From the IMG/VR virus record IMGVR_UViG_3300017722_004285, positions 1 through 30,738 of that record: a DNA stretch of 30,738 bases; one strand, 5' to 3'. Under the pieces are notes generated by a model. That model made no database searches. It saw nothing but the letters and a program-made list of their open reading frames with translations, and was not told the origin of the DNA. Made by a program: the position numbers and the translations under genes. Positions within the stretch are counted from its first letter, which is position 1. Each line of letters begins with the position of its first letter. This DNA is from a virus. Taxonomy: Duplodnaviria > Caudoviricetes. Below are positions 1-9,042 of the stretch, piece after piece.

Positions 1-2
1 AC

Positions 3-644
3 TATCTAATGCATAATAAGCAAGATGTGGATGAGATGGAAGAAGAAGCAGTTGTAGAAGGTTATACTGAAGACGATATAGCTAATGGTGGTACTGTTAT
101 CTATAAGCATGATGGTAAGCATTATATGTCTAAAGTATCCCACAAGTCTGGTAGCGGTGCTAGTACTCAAATACATACTACCTCTAGTCTTGGCCATAAA
201 ATTAAATTAAATCAAGTTGTTTCTACTGATGCTTCTGATTGGAATAAATTTAAAAATATTAAAGAAGAAACCGTTGTTGAAACCAAAGGTGCTCCTAAAG
301 GCTTTCACTTTACCAAAGATGGTAAACTCAAGCGCGGGGATGCGGATCAAGACGGTAATGGGGGACCTATGCTCCGTACTGATCCATTAGACAAACAACG
401 TAATAAAATACCTGCAGTATCTGAAGGTGAGCACCTTTGTGCCAAACACGTATACTCAAATATGTTTGGAGAAGGTGTAGTTGTAGACGGTCTTCACGCT
501 GAACCAGATGATCAAGGTAACATTGAATGGTATGCCGTTCAGTTTGATGAAGGCATTAAAAAGGTATTTACAGAAAAATTAGAAATAATGGTTGCCGAAT
601 ATCATGGCAACCACAAAAAAAAGAGAATGACAAATGGCAGATAA
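3..644 (+). CDS. 5'-partial prohead core / internal head protein (modular), upstream of gp21
   Basis: Frame is open from the window edge (TAT CTA ATG...), so the true start is probably upstream. Acidic linkers with V/I-x-E motifs (AVVE, IKEE, TVVE, AVSE) resemble gp21 cleavage sites. Position matches the gp67/gp68 slot before gp21. Confidence 0.6.
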   Translation, partial: YLMHNKQDVDEMEEEAVVEGYTEDDIANGGTVIYKHDGKHYMSKVSHKSGSGASTQIHTTSSLGHKIKLNQVVSTDASDWNKFKNIKEETVVETKGAPKGFHFTKDGKLKRGDADQDGNGGPMLRTDPLDKQRNKIPAVSEGEHLCAKHVYSNMFGEGVVVDGLHAEPDDQGNIEWYAVQFDEGIKKVFTEKLEIMVAEYHGNHKKKRMTNGR

Positions 645-1023
645 ACGAACTTTAAAAGTAACTGCAGCCCAGGCTGCTTTTGCAATAGTAGGCTCTGGTA
701 GTGCTAATATTAGTATTTACGATGCCCTCCACTCCAATCAAACAATTGATGCCGCTAACGTACAACTGACTATTACCGATATTGCCTACGATGTAGCTAA
801 TTCAGCTAACATAACAAGAGGTGGTAATTTAGTATTTGCGTGTAATGCAGGCCAAAATGAGTTAAATCTTTCTGATTCCTTTGGCGCTGTGCTTAATCTC
901 AACTCAAGCGCAAACGTTGAGGTTAATCTTGGTGCTGTACAAGGTACTATTATTATACAGTTCTCAAAGACAGCTGGATACAATGTTCCAAACAGACAAA
1001 ATCAAGGACCGGGCTCACTATGA
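634..1023 (+). CDS. hypothetical protein in head-assembly cluster (likely virion/prohead associated)
   Basis: 129-aa ORF overlapping both neighbours (ATGA coupling to gp21). No recognisable motif; function inferred only from synteny. Confidence 0.6.
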   Translation: MADKRTLKVTAAQAAFAIVGSGSANISIYDALHSNQTIDAANVQLTITDIAYDVANSANITRGGNLVFACNAGQNELNLSDSFGAVLNLNSSANVEVNLGAVQGTIIIQFSKTAGYNVPNRQNQGPGSL

Positions 1024-1664
1024 AGTTAATTACTGAACAACTATCTAGTGTCCAATATCTAGTTGAAAAAACAGAAGACGGCACAAAAAACATTTTTATC
1101 GAAGGTATTTTTATGCAGGCAGAAAAGCCTAATAAAAATGGCCGCATGTATCCAAAAGGTATCATGGAGAAAGAGATTTCTAGATACCAAGAGCTTATAG
1201 GAGAAAAAAGATCTTTAGGTGAACTAGGTCACCCTCCTAACCCACAAATTAATCTTAACCAAGTATCTCATCTAATCACCGGTTTACGGTTTGAGGGAAA
1301 TGATATAATGGGTAGAGCAAAGATTTTAGATACACCCATGGGCAAGATCGCAAAGAATTTTCTTGAAGAAGGAGTTCGATTGGGGGTATCTTCAAGAGGG
1401 CTTGGTTCTTTAAAGGAAAAAAACGGTATTAACGAAGTACAAGATGACTTTCACCTTGCCACAGTTGATATTGTTGCTGACCCAAGCGCACCCGATGCAT
1501 TTGTACAAGGCATTATGGAATCCGCTGAATGGATACTGGATAACGGGGTATGGAAAACAGTACAAATTGAGCAGGCTCAACAAGCAATTAGAAAAGCTTC
1601 CAAGGCGGATCTAAGTATAGTGAAATTACAGATATTCGAATCGTTCTTACGAAGTATCAAATAA
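1020..1664 (+). CDS. gp21: T4-like prohead protease gp21
   Basis: MKLITE start, IEGIFMQAE..N.NGRMYP, LGELGHP, GVSSRGLGSL, DIVADPSAPDAFV motifs. Confidence 0.97.
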   Translation: MKLITEQLSSVQYLVEKTEDGTKNIFIEGIFMQAEKPNKNGRMYPKGIMEKEISRYQELIGEKRSLGELGHPPNPQINLNQVSHLITGLRFEGNDIMGRAKILDTPMGKIAKNFLEEGVRLGVSSRGLGSLKEKNGINEVQDDFHLATVDIVADPSAPDAFVQGIMESAEWILDNGVWKTVQIEQAQQAIRKASKADLSIVKLQIFESFLRSIK

Positions 1665-1672
1665 TTTAACCG

Positions 1673-1680
1673 TATAAATA
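1673..1680 (+). promoter_or_regulatory. T4-type late promoter TATAAATA (gp55-dependent)
   Basis: Exact TATAAATA in the gp21-gp22 intergenic gap, followed by an AGGAG SD. Confidence 0.85.
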
Positions 1681-1712
1681 TAACATAAACAAACCCTCTT
1701 AGGAGAAAACGG

Positions 1713-3083
1713 ATGTCAGTCGAAAATAAAATTAAGGAGTTGCTTACTCGTACAAACGTTAAGCAACAACTGACTGAAGAATCTAAAGAGGATCTTGCTG
1801 CAGCTGGTATGGCTGACACTGGCGCAAAGGCGGCTATGAAAATGTCCAAGGACACTTCAAAAGCTGCTACTGCTGCCATTGCCGGTGATACAACACAACC
1901 CAAGCAAGGTTCATCTAAAGATGCTTCATTCACAGAGACAGATGAGGATACAGAGAACTTAGGTTCAAAGAACGCTATGTCTGTATCAAAAGATACCTCA
2001 CTTCCAAAATCTAAAGGTGATGCTAAGTCTGTAAAGACCGCCGCTATGGAAGAGACAGAAGAATCTATTGAATGGGTAATTAATGAAGAAGATGAAGACA
2101 ATGTTACAGCTAAAGTTGCTGGACATAAAATTACTCTACATAGAGGCTTAAGTGACTCAGGAACAAGTGATACCTATACCCTTCACCACCCGTCTGGAGA
2201 TAAAAAAGTTAAAATTAGTTTTAGCAAGCACGGAGATGGCGATGAAGTACATGGCGAGAAAGTAAATCAGGCTTTTGGTCTAGATTCAAAGCATAAGCTA
2301 GGCCATAAAATTGCCGGCTCAATGAACGGTATGGGTGGGGTATCTAAATTCCAAGAATCTGTTGACATTAAAGGTCAACTAGACTCTATCTTTGGTGAAG
2401 ATCTTTCCGAAGAATTCAGAACAAAAGCCACTTCAATTTTCGAAGCCGCCGTTATTGCTCGAGTTAACAACGAGATGGAAAAGGTAACCTTAAAACTAGA
2501 AGAGCAAGCAGATCGTGATCTTGCTGAATTTAAAGAAGGTCTAGTTGAAAAAGTTGATTCATATCTTAACTATGTTGTTGAGCAATGGATGGAAGAAAAC
2601 GCCATAGCTGTTGAATCTGGTCTTCGTACAGAAATTGCTGAAGACTTCATCACTGGTCTTAAAACACTCTTTAAAGAACACTACATTGATGTTCCAGAAG
2701 AGAAGTATAATGTACTAGATGAGCTTCAAACTAAAGCCGAACAATTAGAAGCTGATCTCAACGAAGCTATACAATCTAATGTTCAAACTTCAAAAGAGTT
2801 AACAGAACTAAAACTGTCTAAGATTTTTGAAGAACAAACTAAAGATCTTGCCGCTACAGAAGTTGAAAAACTTAAAAAGCTAGTAGAGGGTGTTGATTTT
2901 GAAAATGAAAGTCTTTACCGTGAAAAAGTAGCTGTAATTAAGGAAAATTATTTCCCTAAGTCGGCTCCTAAATCCCCGGAGAAGATGCTCGTAGAAGAAA
3001 GCGGTACAAATCCGGCTGCTTTTGACAATCCTGTTATGACAAAGTATGTTCAAGCTCTAGCAAGAACAGTCAAAACTCGCTAA
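1713..3083 (+). CDS. gp22: prohead core scaffolding protein gp22
   Basis: Between gp21 and gp23. EDLSEEFRTKATSIFEAAV, VDSYLNYVVEQWMEEN..AVESGLRTEIAEDFITGLK.LF.EHYIDVPEEK and IKENYF motifs; coiled-coil and acidic. Confidence 0.95.
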   Translation: MSVENKIKELLTRTNVKQQLTEESKEDLAAAGMADTGAKAAMKMSKDTSKAATAAIAGDTTQPKQGSSKDASFTETDEDTENLGSKNAMSVSKDTSLPKSKGDAKSVKTAAMEETEESIEWVINEEDEDNVTAKVAGHKITLHRGLSDSGTSDTYTLHHPSGDKKVKISFSKHGDGDEVHGEKVNQAFGLDSKHKLGHKIAGSMNGMGGVSKFQESVDIKGQLDSIFGEDLSEEFRTKATSIFEAAVIARVNNEMEKVTLKLEEQADRDLAEFKEGLVEKVDSYLNYVVEQWMEENAIAVESGLRTEIAEDFITGLKTLFKEHYIDVPEEKYNVLDELQTKAEQLEADLNEAIQSNVQTSKELTELKLSKIFEEQTKDLAATEVEKLKKLVEGVDFENESLYREKVAVIKENYFPKSAPKSPEKMLVEESGTNPAAFDNPVMTKYVQALARTVKTR

Positions 3084-3085
3084 TT

Positions 3086-3093
3086 TATAAATA
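3086..3093 (+). promoter_or_regulatory. T4-type late promoter TATAAATA upstream of major capsid gene
   Basis: Exact consensus, followed by an AAGGAG SD before ATG 3122. Confidence 0.88.
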
Positions 3094-3121
3094 TCAAGTA
3101 TAATCCACAAAGGAGAAGGTA

Positions 3122-4453
3122 ATGTACCTATCAGAACAACTACAGGAAAAATGGGGCGCGGTTATTAATCATGCCGATCTTCCTCAAATCAAAGACAGCT
3201 ATAAGCGGACCGTTACTGCGGTTCTTCTAGAGAACCAAGAAAAGGCTCTTCGTGAAGATCGTCAGATGATGTCCGAAGTAGCTCCCGCTAACAACTCTTT
3301 CGAGACAGCTGGTATCGATCGCTATGATCCTATCATGATTGGTCTCGTACGTCGCGCAATGCCAAACCTAATGGCATATGACATCTGCGGTGTACAGCCA
3401 ATGACTGGTCCAACTGGTCTAATTTTCGCAATGCGTTCCGCCTACGGTAACGTACGTACAGACGCCGGTATTACCGAGGCCTTGTACAACGAAGCAGATA
3501 CAGACTTCTCGTCTTCTGGTTTCGATGCAAACTACTCTGGTACACCTAAAAATGGTACTCATGCAGGTAACAATCCAGTTGATGGTGCTTACACAACTGG
3601 TAAGGGTATGACGACTGCTGAAGGTGAAGCACTCGGTGATTCTGCTTCCAACGCTTTTGGTTCAATGGCATTTGCAATTGACAAGACAACAGTTACAGCT
3701 AAGACACGTGCTCTAAAAGCTGAATACACTCTAGAGCTTGCTCAAGACTTAAAAGCAGTTCATGGTCTTGACGCTGAAAGCGAATTGTCCAACATTCTTT
3801 CGCAAGAAATTATGTTTGAAATTAACCGTGAAGTTGTTCGTACAATCTACACTGTTGCTAAAGCAGGTTCGCCTTCTACAGCAACTGCAGGTACTTTCAA
3901 CCTTGACGTTGATTCTAACGGTCGTTGGTCTGTTGAGCGCTTCAAAGGCATCTTGTTCAACATTGAACGTGATGCTAACCACATTGGTCAAGACACTCGT
4001 CGTGGTAAAGGTAACTTCATCGTTTGCTCGGCAGACGTTGCTTCCACACTCTCGATGGCTGGTGTTCTAGACTATACTCCTGCATTATCAACTAACTTAA
4101 ATGTTGATGATACAGGTAACACTTTTGCTGGTGTGTTGAACGGTCGTATGCGAGTTTAAGTTGACCCATACTCTGCCAACCTTGGTGCTGCATCCCAGTT
4201 CTACGTTGTTGGTTACAAAGGTACTTCACCTTACGATGCCGGTATTTTCTACTGCCCTTACGTACCTCTACAAATGGTTCGTGCAGTTGATCCTACTAGC
4301 TTCCAGCCAAAAATCGGCTTCAAGACTCGTTATGGTATGGTAGCAAATCCTTACGTTACAACAAACGCAAACAGCGCAGTTGCTGACCAAGATACATTTA
4401 CTGCTAACCGCAACCAGTACTATCGTCGTTCTAAAGTAGTCAACTTAATGTAA
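3122..4453 (+). CDS. gp23: major capsid protein gp23, 443 codons, interrupted by one in-frame TAA at 4157-4159
   Basis: LVRRAMPNLMAYDICGVQPMTGPTGLIFAMRS, RALKAEYTLELAQDLKAVHGLDAE, DVDSNGRWSVE motifs. The same frame resumes after the TAA with VDPY..YVVGYKGTSPYDAGIFYCPYVPLQMVRA..FQPKIGFKTRYG..YYRR..V.NLM, ending at TAA 4451-4453. Confidence 0.96.
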
Positions 4454-4480
4454 TTGACGAAACCGACGAAGATCGGGTTT

Positions 4481-4512
4481 AAAAGAGGGTCAGAAATGAC
4501 CCTCTTTTTTTT
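4481..4512 (+). terminator. Rho-independent terminator after gp23
   Basis: AAAAGAGGGTCA-GAAA-TGACCCTCTTTT perfect stem with a GAAA tetraloop and a T8 tail. Confidence 0.93.
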
Positions 4513-4515
4513 GTG

Positions 4516-4523
4516 GATAAATA
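4516..4523 (+). promoter_or_regulatory. probable late promoter variant GATAAATA
   Basis: 7/8 match to TATAAATA, immediately after the terminator and before the GAGGAG SD of gp3. Confidence 0.6.
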
Positions 4524-4549
4524 ATCGATACATTTAATGAGGAGCATAG

Positions 4550-5137
4550 ATGGCTTACACACCTAATATATCAACAGTACTGGCTGATGTAACCAATGGT
4601 TCCCCAGCCGTATATAATTATCTAAGACCTAATGCGTTTAGATTTACTATTAAAGACCTTCCCAACGTAGCATATACTTGTCAGTCAGCAAACCTACCGT
4701 CGCTGCAATTAGGTTTCGCCGTTCAGCCAACGCCGTTTCTAGACATTCCAAGAATAGGTGATAAAAATACATTTGGTGAGTTTACAATTAGGTTTTTAAT
4801 TGCGGAGGATATGTCAAATTATTTGGAATTATTTGAATGGCTTATTGCACTTGGCTTTCCAAACAACTATAATCAATATAAAGCGTTTACAGGAGAGAGG
4901 TTGAGTCGGTTTCCATTCTATAAAAATTCTAGAGGAGATACAGAGGCTTTGGGATATTCAGATGGTACATTAACCATTTTAGATAGCAATAATGTACCTA
5001 AAACTAATATAATGTTGAGAGATCTATTTCCTGTCTCAGTAGAGGCATTGGACTTTGAAGTAACAAGTTCTGCTGTAGATTATTTTGTAGGGATAGCTTC
5101 ATTTAAGTATACTTCCTTTACTATTGAAGCTTTATAA
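4550..5137 (+). CDS. gp3: tail tube terminator / tail completion protein gp3
   Basis: NYL.PN.FRF.I..LPNV.Y.CQSANLP, F.I.EDM.NY.E.F.W, SDGTLTIL.SNN, DLFPVS motifs. gp23-gp3-uvsY-uvsW-gp55 synteny is typical of aquatic T4-like phages. Confidence 0.85.
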   Translation: MAYTPNISTVLADVTNGSPAVYNYLRPNAFRFTIKDLPNVAYTCQSANLPSLQLGFAVQPTPFLDIPRIGDKNTFGEFTIRFLIAEDMSNYLELFEWLIALGFPNNYNQYKAFTGERLSRFPFYKNSRGDTEALGYSDGTLTILDSNNVPKTNIMLRDLFPVSVEALDFEVTSSAVDYFVGIASFKYTSFTIEAL

Positions 5138-5157
5138 TATTAACTTGGAGTTAAATA

Positions 5158-6042
5158 ATGAGTAATGTAAAACAGATGCGCGTTGATTTGAATGAAATGC
5201 GTAAGAATAAATTCTTTGTTGCTACCCCATGCTATGGCGGTCAGCTTATGGAGCCCTATTTCCGCTCTGTAATTAAAATGATGACCTTTTTCAATCAAAA
5301 TCAAATACCATTGGCGTTTGGTACTATTGCTAATGAGTCTCTAGTAACACGAGCTAGGAATGTTCTTCTTGCGTACTTCCTCTCTTCCGATTATACCCAT
5401 CTATTTTTTATTGATGCAGATATAGAATTTCAAGTAGAAGACGTCATTAAATTATATGCACATGATAAAGATGTTATTGTTGGAGCGTATCCTAAGAAAG
5501 GGGTATCATGGCAGCGTATTAAGGATAATATGCAGTTACCCGAGAGCGGTACCAAGCAATTTACAGACAAGGAAATTGCTTCATTTGGTTCTGACTATGC
5601 TATTAACTTCAAATTCTCCAATCGCGAAGAAAGAACTATCCAGATTGAAAACGGCGTAGTTAAACTTCATGATGCCGGTACTGGGTTTATGATGATTAAG
5701 CGTGAAGCTATTCTTAAAATGCTTAAAGCATATCCTGAGTTGAAGTATAATAATGATGTACAGATTAATAATGCTGACATTACAGATAACTTTTACGCGT
5801 TATTTGATACGATGATTGATCCAATTGATAGACGGTATCTTTCCGAAGATTATACCTTCTGTCGTCGTTGGCAAGAAATTGGCGGTGATATCTGGTTAGA
5901 TCCTTCTATCTCTCTTAACCATTACGGTCATTTCTGCTTCCAGGGTAACCCATCAGCTATTATTCAATGGGGTCCCCAGACCGAACAACCTCCAGTATTA
6001 CTTCCCAAGGAAGAAATTAAAGTTCTAGACTTACCCGATTAA
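5158..6042 (+). CDS. GT-A fold glycosyltransferase-like protein
   Basis: FVATPCYGG, ESLVTRARN, FFIDAD (DxD), GTGFMMIKR, YLSEDYTFC.RW and H.G motifs. Confidence 0.8.
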   Translation: MSNVKQMRVDLNEMRKNKFFVATPCYGGQLMEPYFRSVIKMMTFFNQNQIPLAFGTIANESLVTRARNVLLAYFLSSDYTHLFFIDADIEFQVEDVIKLYAHDKDVIVGAYPKKGVSWQRIKDNMQLPESGTKQFTDKEIASFGSDYAINFKFSNREERTIQIENGVVKLHDAGTGFMMIKREAILKMLKAYPELKYNNDVQINNADITDNFYALFDTMIDPIDRRYLSEDYTFCRRWQEIGGDIWLDPSISLNHYGHFCFQGNPSAIIQWGPQTEQPPVLLPKEEIKVLDLPD

Positions 6043-6057
6043 CTTTAACTTTAAATT

Positions 6058-6498
6058 ATGAAACTGACTGAAGTACAAGATGAATGGATTAAAGACTCTA
6101 CGATCGATGAGTTAAACCTCGGTCGTGAGTCAACCCGGGTACCTACTCTTCACGCCAAATATCTTACCAGTCTTTCTAAGGTTAAGCTACAATTACGAAA
6201 AGTAGAGTCTGATTATTATAATACCAGACGCCTTAAGTATCGATATTATAGAGGGGAGATGTCACGTGAGGAGTTGGCTGTACTCGAGTGGGAGCAATTT
6301 CAAGGAAATAAACCTCTAAAGAACGAAATGGATGAGTTCTTACAATGTGATAAGGACTTAATTGAATTACAAGATAAAGTAGAATATTTTAAAACTGTAA
6401 TTTATACATTAGAGCAGATACTTAGATCTATTAACTCAAGAACCTGGGACATAAAAACTGCAGTCGAATATATGAAATTTACTAACGGTATGATGTAA
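6058..6498 (+). CDS. uvsY: recombination mediator UvsY
   Basis: W..DS.ID, P.LHAKYL, YY.G, I.SR.WDIK.A.E..KF..G; directly upstream of uvsW. Confidence 0.92.
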   Translation: MKLTEVQDEWIKDSTIDELNLGRESTRVPTLHAKYLTSLSKVKLQLRKVESDYYNTRRLKYRYYRGEMSREELAVLEWEQFQGNKPLKNEMDEFLQCDKDLIELQDKVEYFKTVIYTLEQILRSINSRTWDIKTAVEYMKFTNGMM

Positions 6499-7979
6499 TG
6501 GCTAACATTATACTTTCTAAGAAAAATGAAGTATATTTAAAAGTACAAGCTGATCCTTCTATTGCTCAGGAAATATCAGATCATTTTACATTTGAATCCC
6601 CGGGAGCAAAATTTCACCCATTAGTTCGTAATAAGGTTTGGGATGGAAAAATCAGACTATTCTCCATGCTTACAAAAGAGTTGTATGTCGGTCTGCTTGG
6701 CTATCTAGAGCATTTTTGCGAGGTTAATGGTTATACTATAGATTATGAACAATACCATCAGCAATGTGATGCTGTTACTCCTGAAATAGTAAGTAAGTTT
6801 GTTGATGAACTTAACATATCATTACCAAACAATGCCTCTGTTAGAGAGTATCAGCTTGATGCAATATATCAGGCTATATCCAATGGTAGACATCTTTTAC
6901 TATCACCAACTGGGTCAGGTAAGTCTCTTATCATCTACTGTCTTCTTAGATGGAATGAGAAGTTCGGGCGAAGGCAGATCATCCTAGTACCTACTACGTC
7001 GTTGGTAGAGCAGATGTACTCAGATTTTCAGGCATACTCTCAAAATAATGGATGGGAAGTCTCTCATAATTGCTCTAGAATATATTCAGGCCACTCTAAG
7101 GAAGATCTTCTACCAATAGTTATTTCAACATGGCAGTCGGTTTATGAGTTACCTAAGAAATGGTTTGAGAGTTATGAGGTAGTATACGGTGATGAGGCTC
7201 ATACGTTTAAAGCTAAGTCCCTGACTGGTATCATGCATAAGATGGTTAATACACCTTATCGAATAGGAACAACTGGTACCCTGGATGGTACGAAAACCCA
7301 TCGACTGGTGCTAGAAGGATTATTTGGGCCGGTATATAAGGTGACTACTACCAAGCAGTTGATGGATAACGATCAATTGGCAGAACTTAAAATATTTGCA
7401 TTAGTTTTAGAGTATACTGATGATATAAAAAAACAAAACAAAGAACTTAAGTACCCTGAAGAAATGGATTTTTTATGTGGACATGAGCCAAGAAATAAAT
7501 TTATTAGAAATCTTGCTCTTTCTCAAAAAGGTAATACATTAGTTCTATTTCAGTATGTAGAGAAGCATGGTCAAATTCTACATGACCTAATTCAATCTAA
7601 GGCGGCAGAGAATAGAAAAATATTTTTCGTATACGGCGGTACAGATACCCATCAACGGGAACTAACTCGAAGTATTACAGAGAAAGAAAATGATGCAATT
7701 ATTATAGCATCTTACGGAACTTTTTCTACTGGTATAAATATTCGTAATCTTCATAATATTATTTTTGCATCACCTACAAAATCTAGGATTCGCAATCTTC
7801 AATCTATCGGTAGAGGGTTAAGACTCGGGGATGATAAACCCCATTGCAATCTTTATGATATAGGGGATGACATGACATGGAAGTCTCGAAAGAACTATAC
7901 ATTAATGCACATGATTGAACGAATAAAGACTTATAATGATGAGCATTTCGAATATAAACTGGTAAAGGTTGCAATTTAA
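6498..7979 (+). CDS. uvsW: SF2 DNA helicase UvsW
   Basis: WDGKIRLF, REYQ, SPTGSGKS, DEAH, GTTGT, STGINI.NLHNIIFASP.KS.IRNLQSIGRGLR. Confidence 0.97.
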   Translation: MANIILSKKNEVYLKVQADPSIAQEISDHFTFESPGAKFHPLVRNKVWDGKIRLFSMLTKELYVGLLGYLEHFCEVNGYTIDYEQYHQQCDAVTPEIVSKFVDELNISLPNNASVREYQLDAIYQAISNGRHLLLSPTGSGKSLIIYCLLRWNEKFGRRQIILVPTTSLVEQMYSDFQAYSQNNGWEVSHNCSRIYSGHSKEDLLPIVISTWQSVYELPKKWFESYEVVYGDEAHTFKAKSLTGIMHKMVNTPYRIGTTGTLDGTKTHRLVLEGLFGPVYKVTTTKQLMDNDQLAELKIFALVLEYTDDIKKQNKELKYPEEMDFLCGHEPRNKFIRNLALSQKGNTLVLFQYVEKHGQILHDLIQSKAAENRKIFFVYGGTDTHQRELTRSITEKENDAIIIASYGTFSTGINIRNLHNIIFASPTKSRIRNLQSIGRGLRLGDDKPHCNLYDIGDDMTWKSRKNYTLMHMIERIKTYNDEHFEYKLVKVAI

Positions 7980-8410
7980 TGTATTGTAAATTCTTAAAGC
8001 TTTCTAATGGGGAGGATCTTATAGTCTCCACTGATGATGAGTGTATGAGTTTTAAAGGTAAAGAATTTATTGACGTAGTTGACCCAGTACAAATCAGTAC
8101 AATGAGATTTCCTCGTGGTAACAGGCTCGTTGAAACATACATCTTGCAACCGTGGATAAAAATGGGTGCTCCAGATATAGTAAGGATACCGACTCACAGT
8201 ATTATAGTTGCTGTAGATGTTAATAATTCTGCCTTAGAGCAATACAAGCAGTATGTAGAAGAAAGTAGTAGTAAATTCTCAATGCATGAAGAATCGAATA
8301 CTGATAACAGTAAAGATGAAATGTACGAAGAATTAATGGATGCATTATTAGGTGACGCAACGGAAGAGGAAGATGACGGAAACACAAGATCAAATACAAC
8401 CTACCACTGA
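7979..8410 (+). CDS. conserved T4-like hypothetical protein (KLSNGEDLI, Sm-like fold possible)
   Basis: 143-aa ORF coupled to uvsW, with an acidic tail; occupies the usual slot between uvsW and gp55. Confidence 0.7.
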   Translation: MYCKFLKLSNGEDLIVSTDDECMSFKGKEFIDVVDPVQISTMRFPRGNRLVETYILQPWIKMGAPDIVRIPTHSIIVAVDVNNSALEQYKQYVEESSSKFSMHEESNTDNSKDEMYEELMDALLGDATEEEDDGNTRSNTTYH

Positions 8411-8972
8411 GAGACGCTTTGGTGAGAAGCCAAAACCTGCTCATTACGTTGATAATAAACAGTTCTTAGCGGCTTTAATTGATTATCGAGCGCAAGTAGT
8501 AGAGGCGGAAAAGCAAGGCCTTGAAAGACCAAGGGTGAGTAATTATCTCGGAGAATGCTTTATAAAAATAGCTACCCACCTCTCATACAAGTCCAATTTC
8601 ATTAACTATTCCTTTAAAGATGATATGATTTCTGATGGAATAGAGAATTGCCTTACTGCTGTAGGTAAGTTTGACCCTGACCGGTCCTCTAACCCGTTTG
8701 CATATTACACACAAGTAATTTACTTTGCATTCGTAAGACGAATACAAAAAGAAAAAAAGCAACAAGCTACAAAATATAAGTTTCTTGAAAATATTGATAT
8801 TGACCAAATCATTACTCAAGCTGAGGGTAACGAGGAGATGGTAAATCATCTTTTAGAAATGGTACGTAAACAGAGCGATAGTATCGACCCTGCTCGTAAA
8901 GAGATTAAGCAGTCGATGTATAAAAAGAAAAAGGTAGAAAAATTACCGAACTTGCTTGATAATTTAGAATAA
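8373..8972 (+). CDS. gp55: late transcription sigma factor gp55
   Basis: HYVDNK.FL.AL, YLGECF.KIA.HLSYK.NFINY, DMISDGIENC, FDP..SSNPFAYYTQ.IYFAF.RRIQKEKKQ. Start placed at ATG 8373 after GAGGA. Confidence 0.96.
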   Translation: MTETQDQIQPTTERRFGEKPKPAHYVDNKQFLAALIDYRAQVVEAEKQGLERPRVSNYLGECFIKIATHLSYKSNFINYSFKDDMISDGIENCLTAVGKFDPDRSSNPFAYYTQVIYFAFVRRIQKEKKQQATKYKFLENIDIDQIITQAEGNEEMVNHLLEMVRKQSDSIDPARKEIKQSMYKKKKVEKLPNLLDNLE

Positions 8973-8984
8973 ATAACATATAAT
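8956..8984 (+). promoter_or_regulatory. sigma70-type promoter TTGATA-N17-TATAAT (with overlapping late-like AATAAATA at 8968-8975) driving the deazaguanine operon
   Basis: TTGATA 8956-8961, 17-nt spacer, TATAAT 8979-8984. Confidence 0.75.
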
Positions 8985-9042
8985 ATTATGATATAGTGAG
9001 TTAGGTGCCCTTCCACCTATTCTTAAATAACTAGGAGCTATT

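Noticed and set aside
1577-2101. 174-aa minus-strand ORF and other antisense or nested ORFs in the track (e.g. 24556-25032, 18632-19036, 20197-20541, 25119-25487)
   Set aside because: They lie opposite or inside well-supported genes or promoters, lack SDs and motifs, and are explained by codon bias.
4157-4159. Genome-wide stop-codon reassignment
   Set aside because: TAA, TGA and TAG all terminate well-conserved genes at expected positions elsewhere in the window.
4140-4180. Intron or intein at the gp23 break
   Set aside because: There is no inserted sequence; the flanks are collinear with gp23 apart from one codon.
4161-4343. 60-aa ORF after the gp23 stop, or a programmed frameshift
   Set aside because: It is an off-frame shadow. 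The conserved gp23 C-terminus continues in the original frame, so no frameshift is needed.
4460-4480. Second hairpin (AAACCGA...TCGGGTTT) before the gp23 terminator as an ncRNA
   Set aside because: Short and imperfect; at most an mRNA-stabilising element, with no other support.
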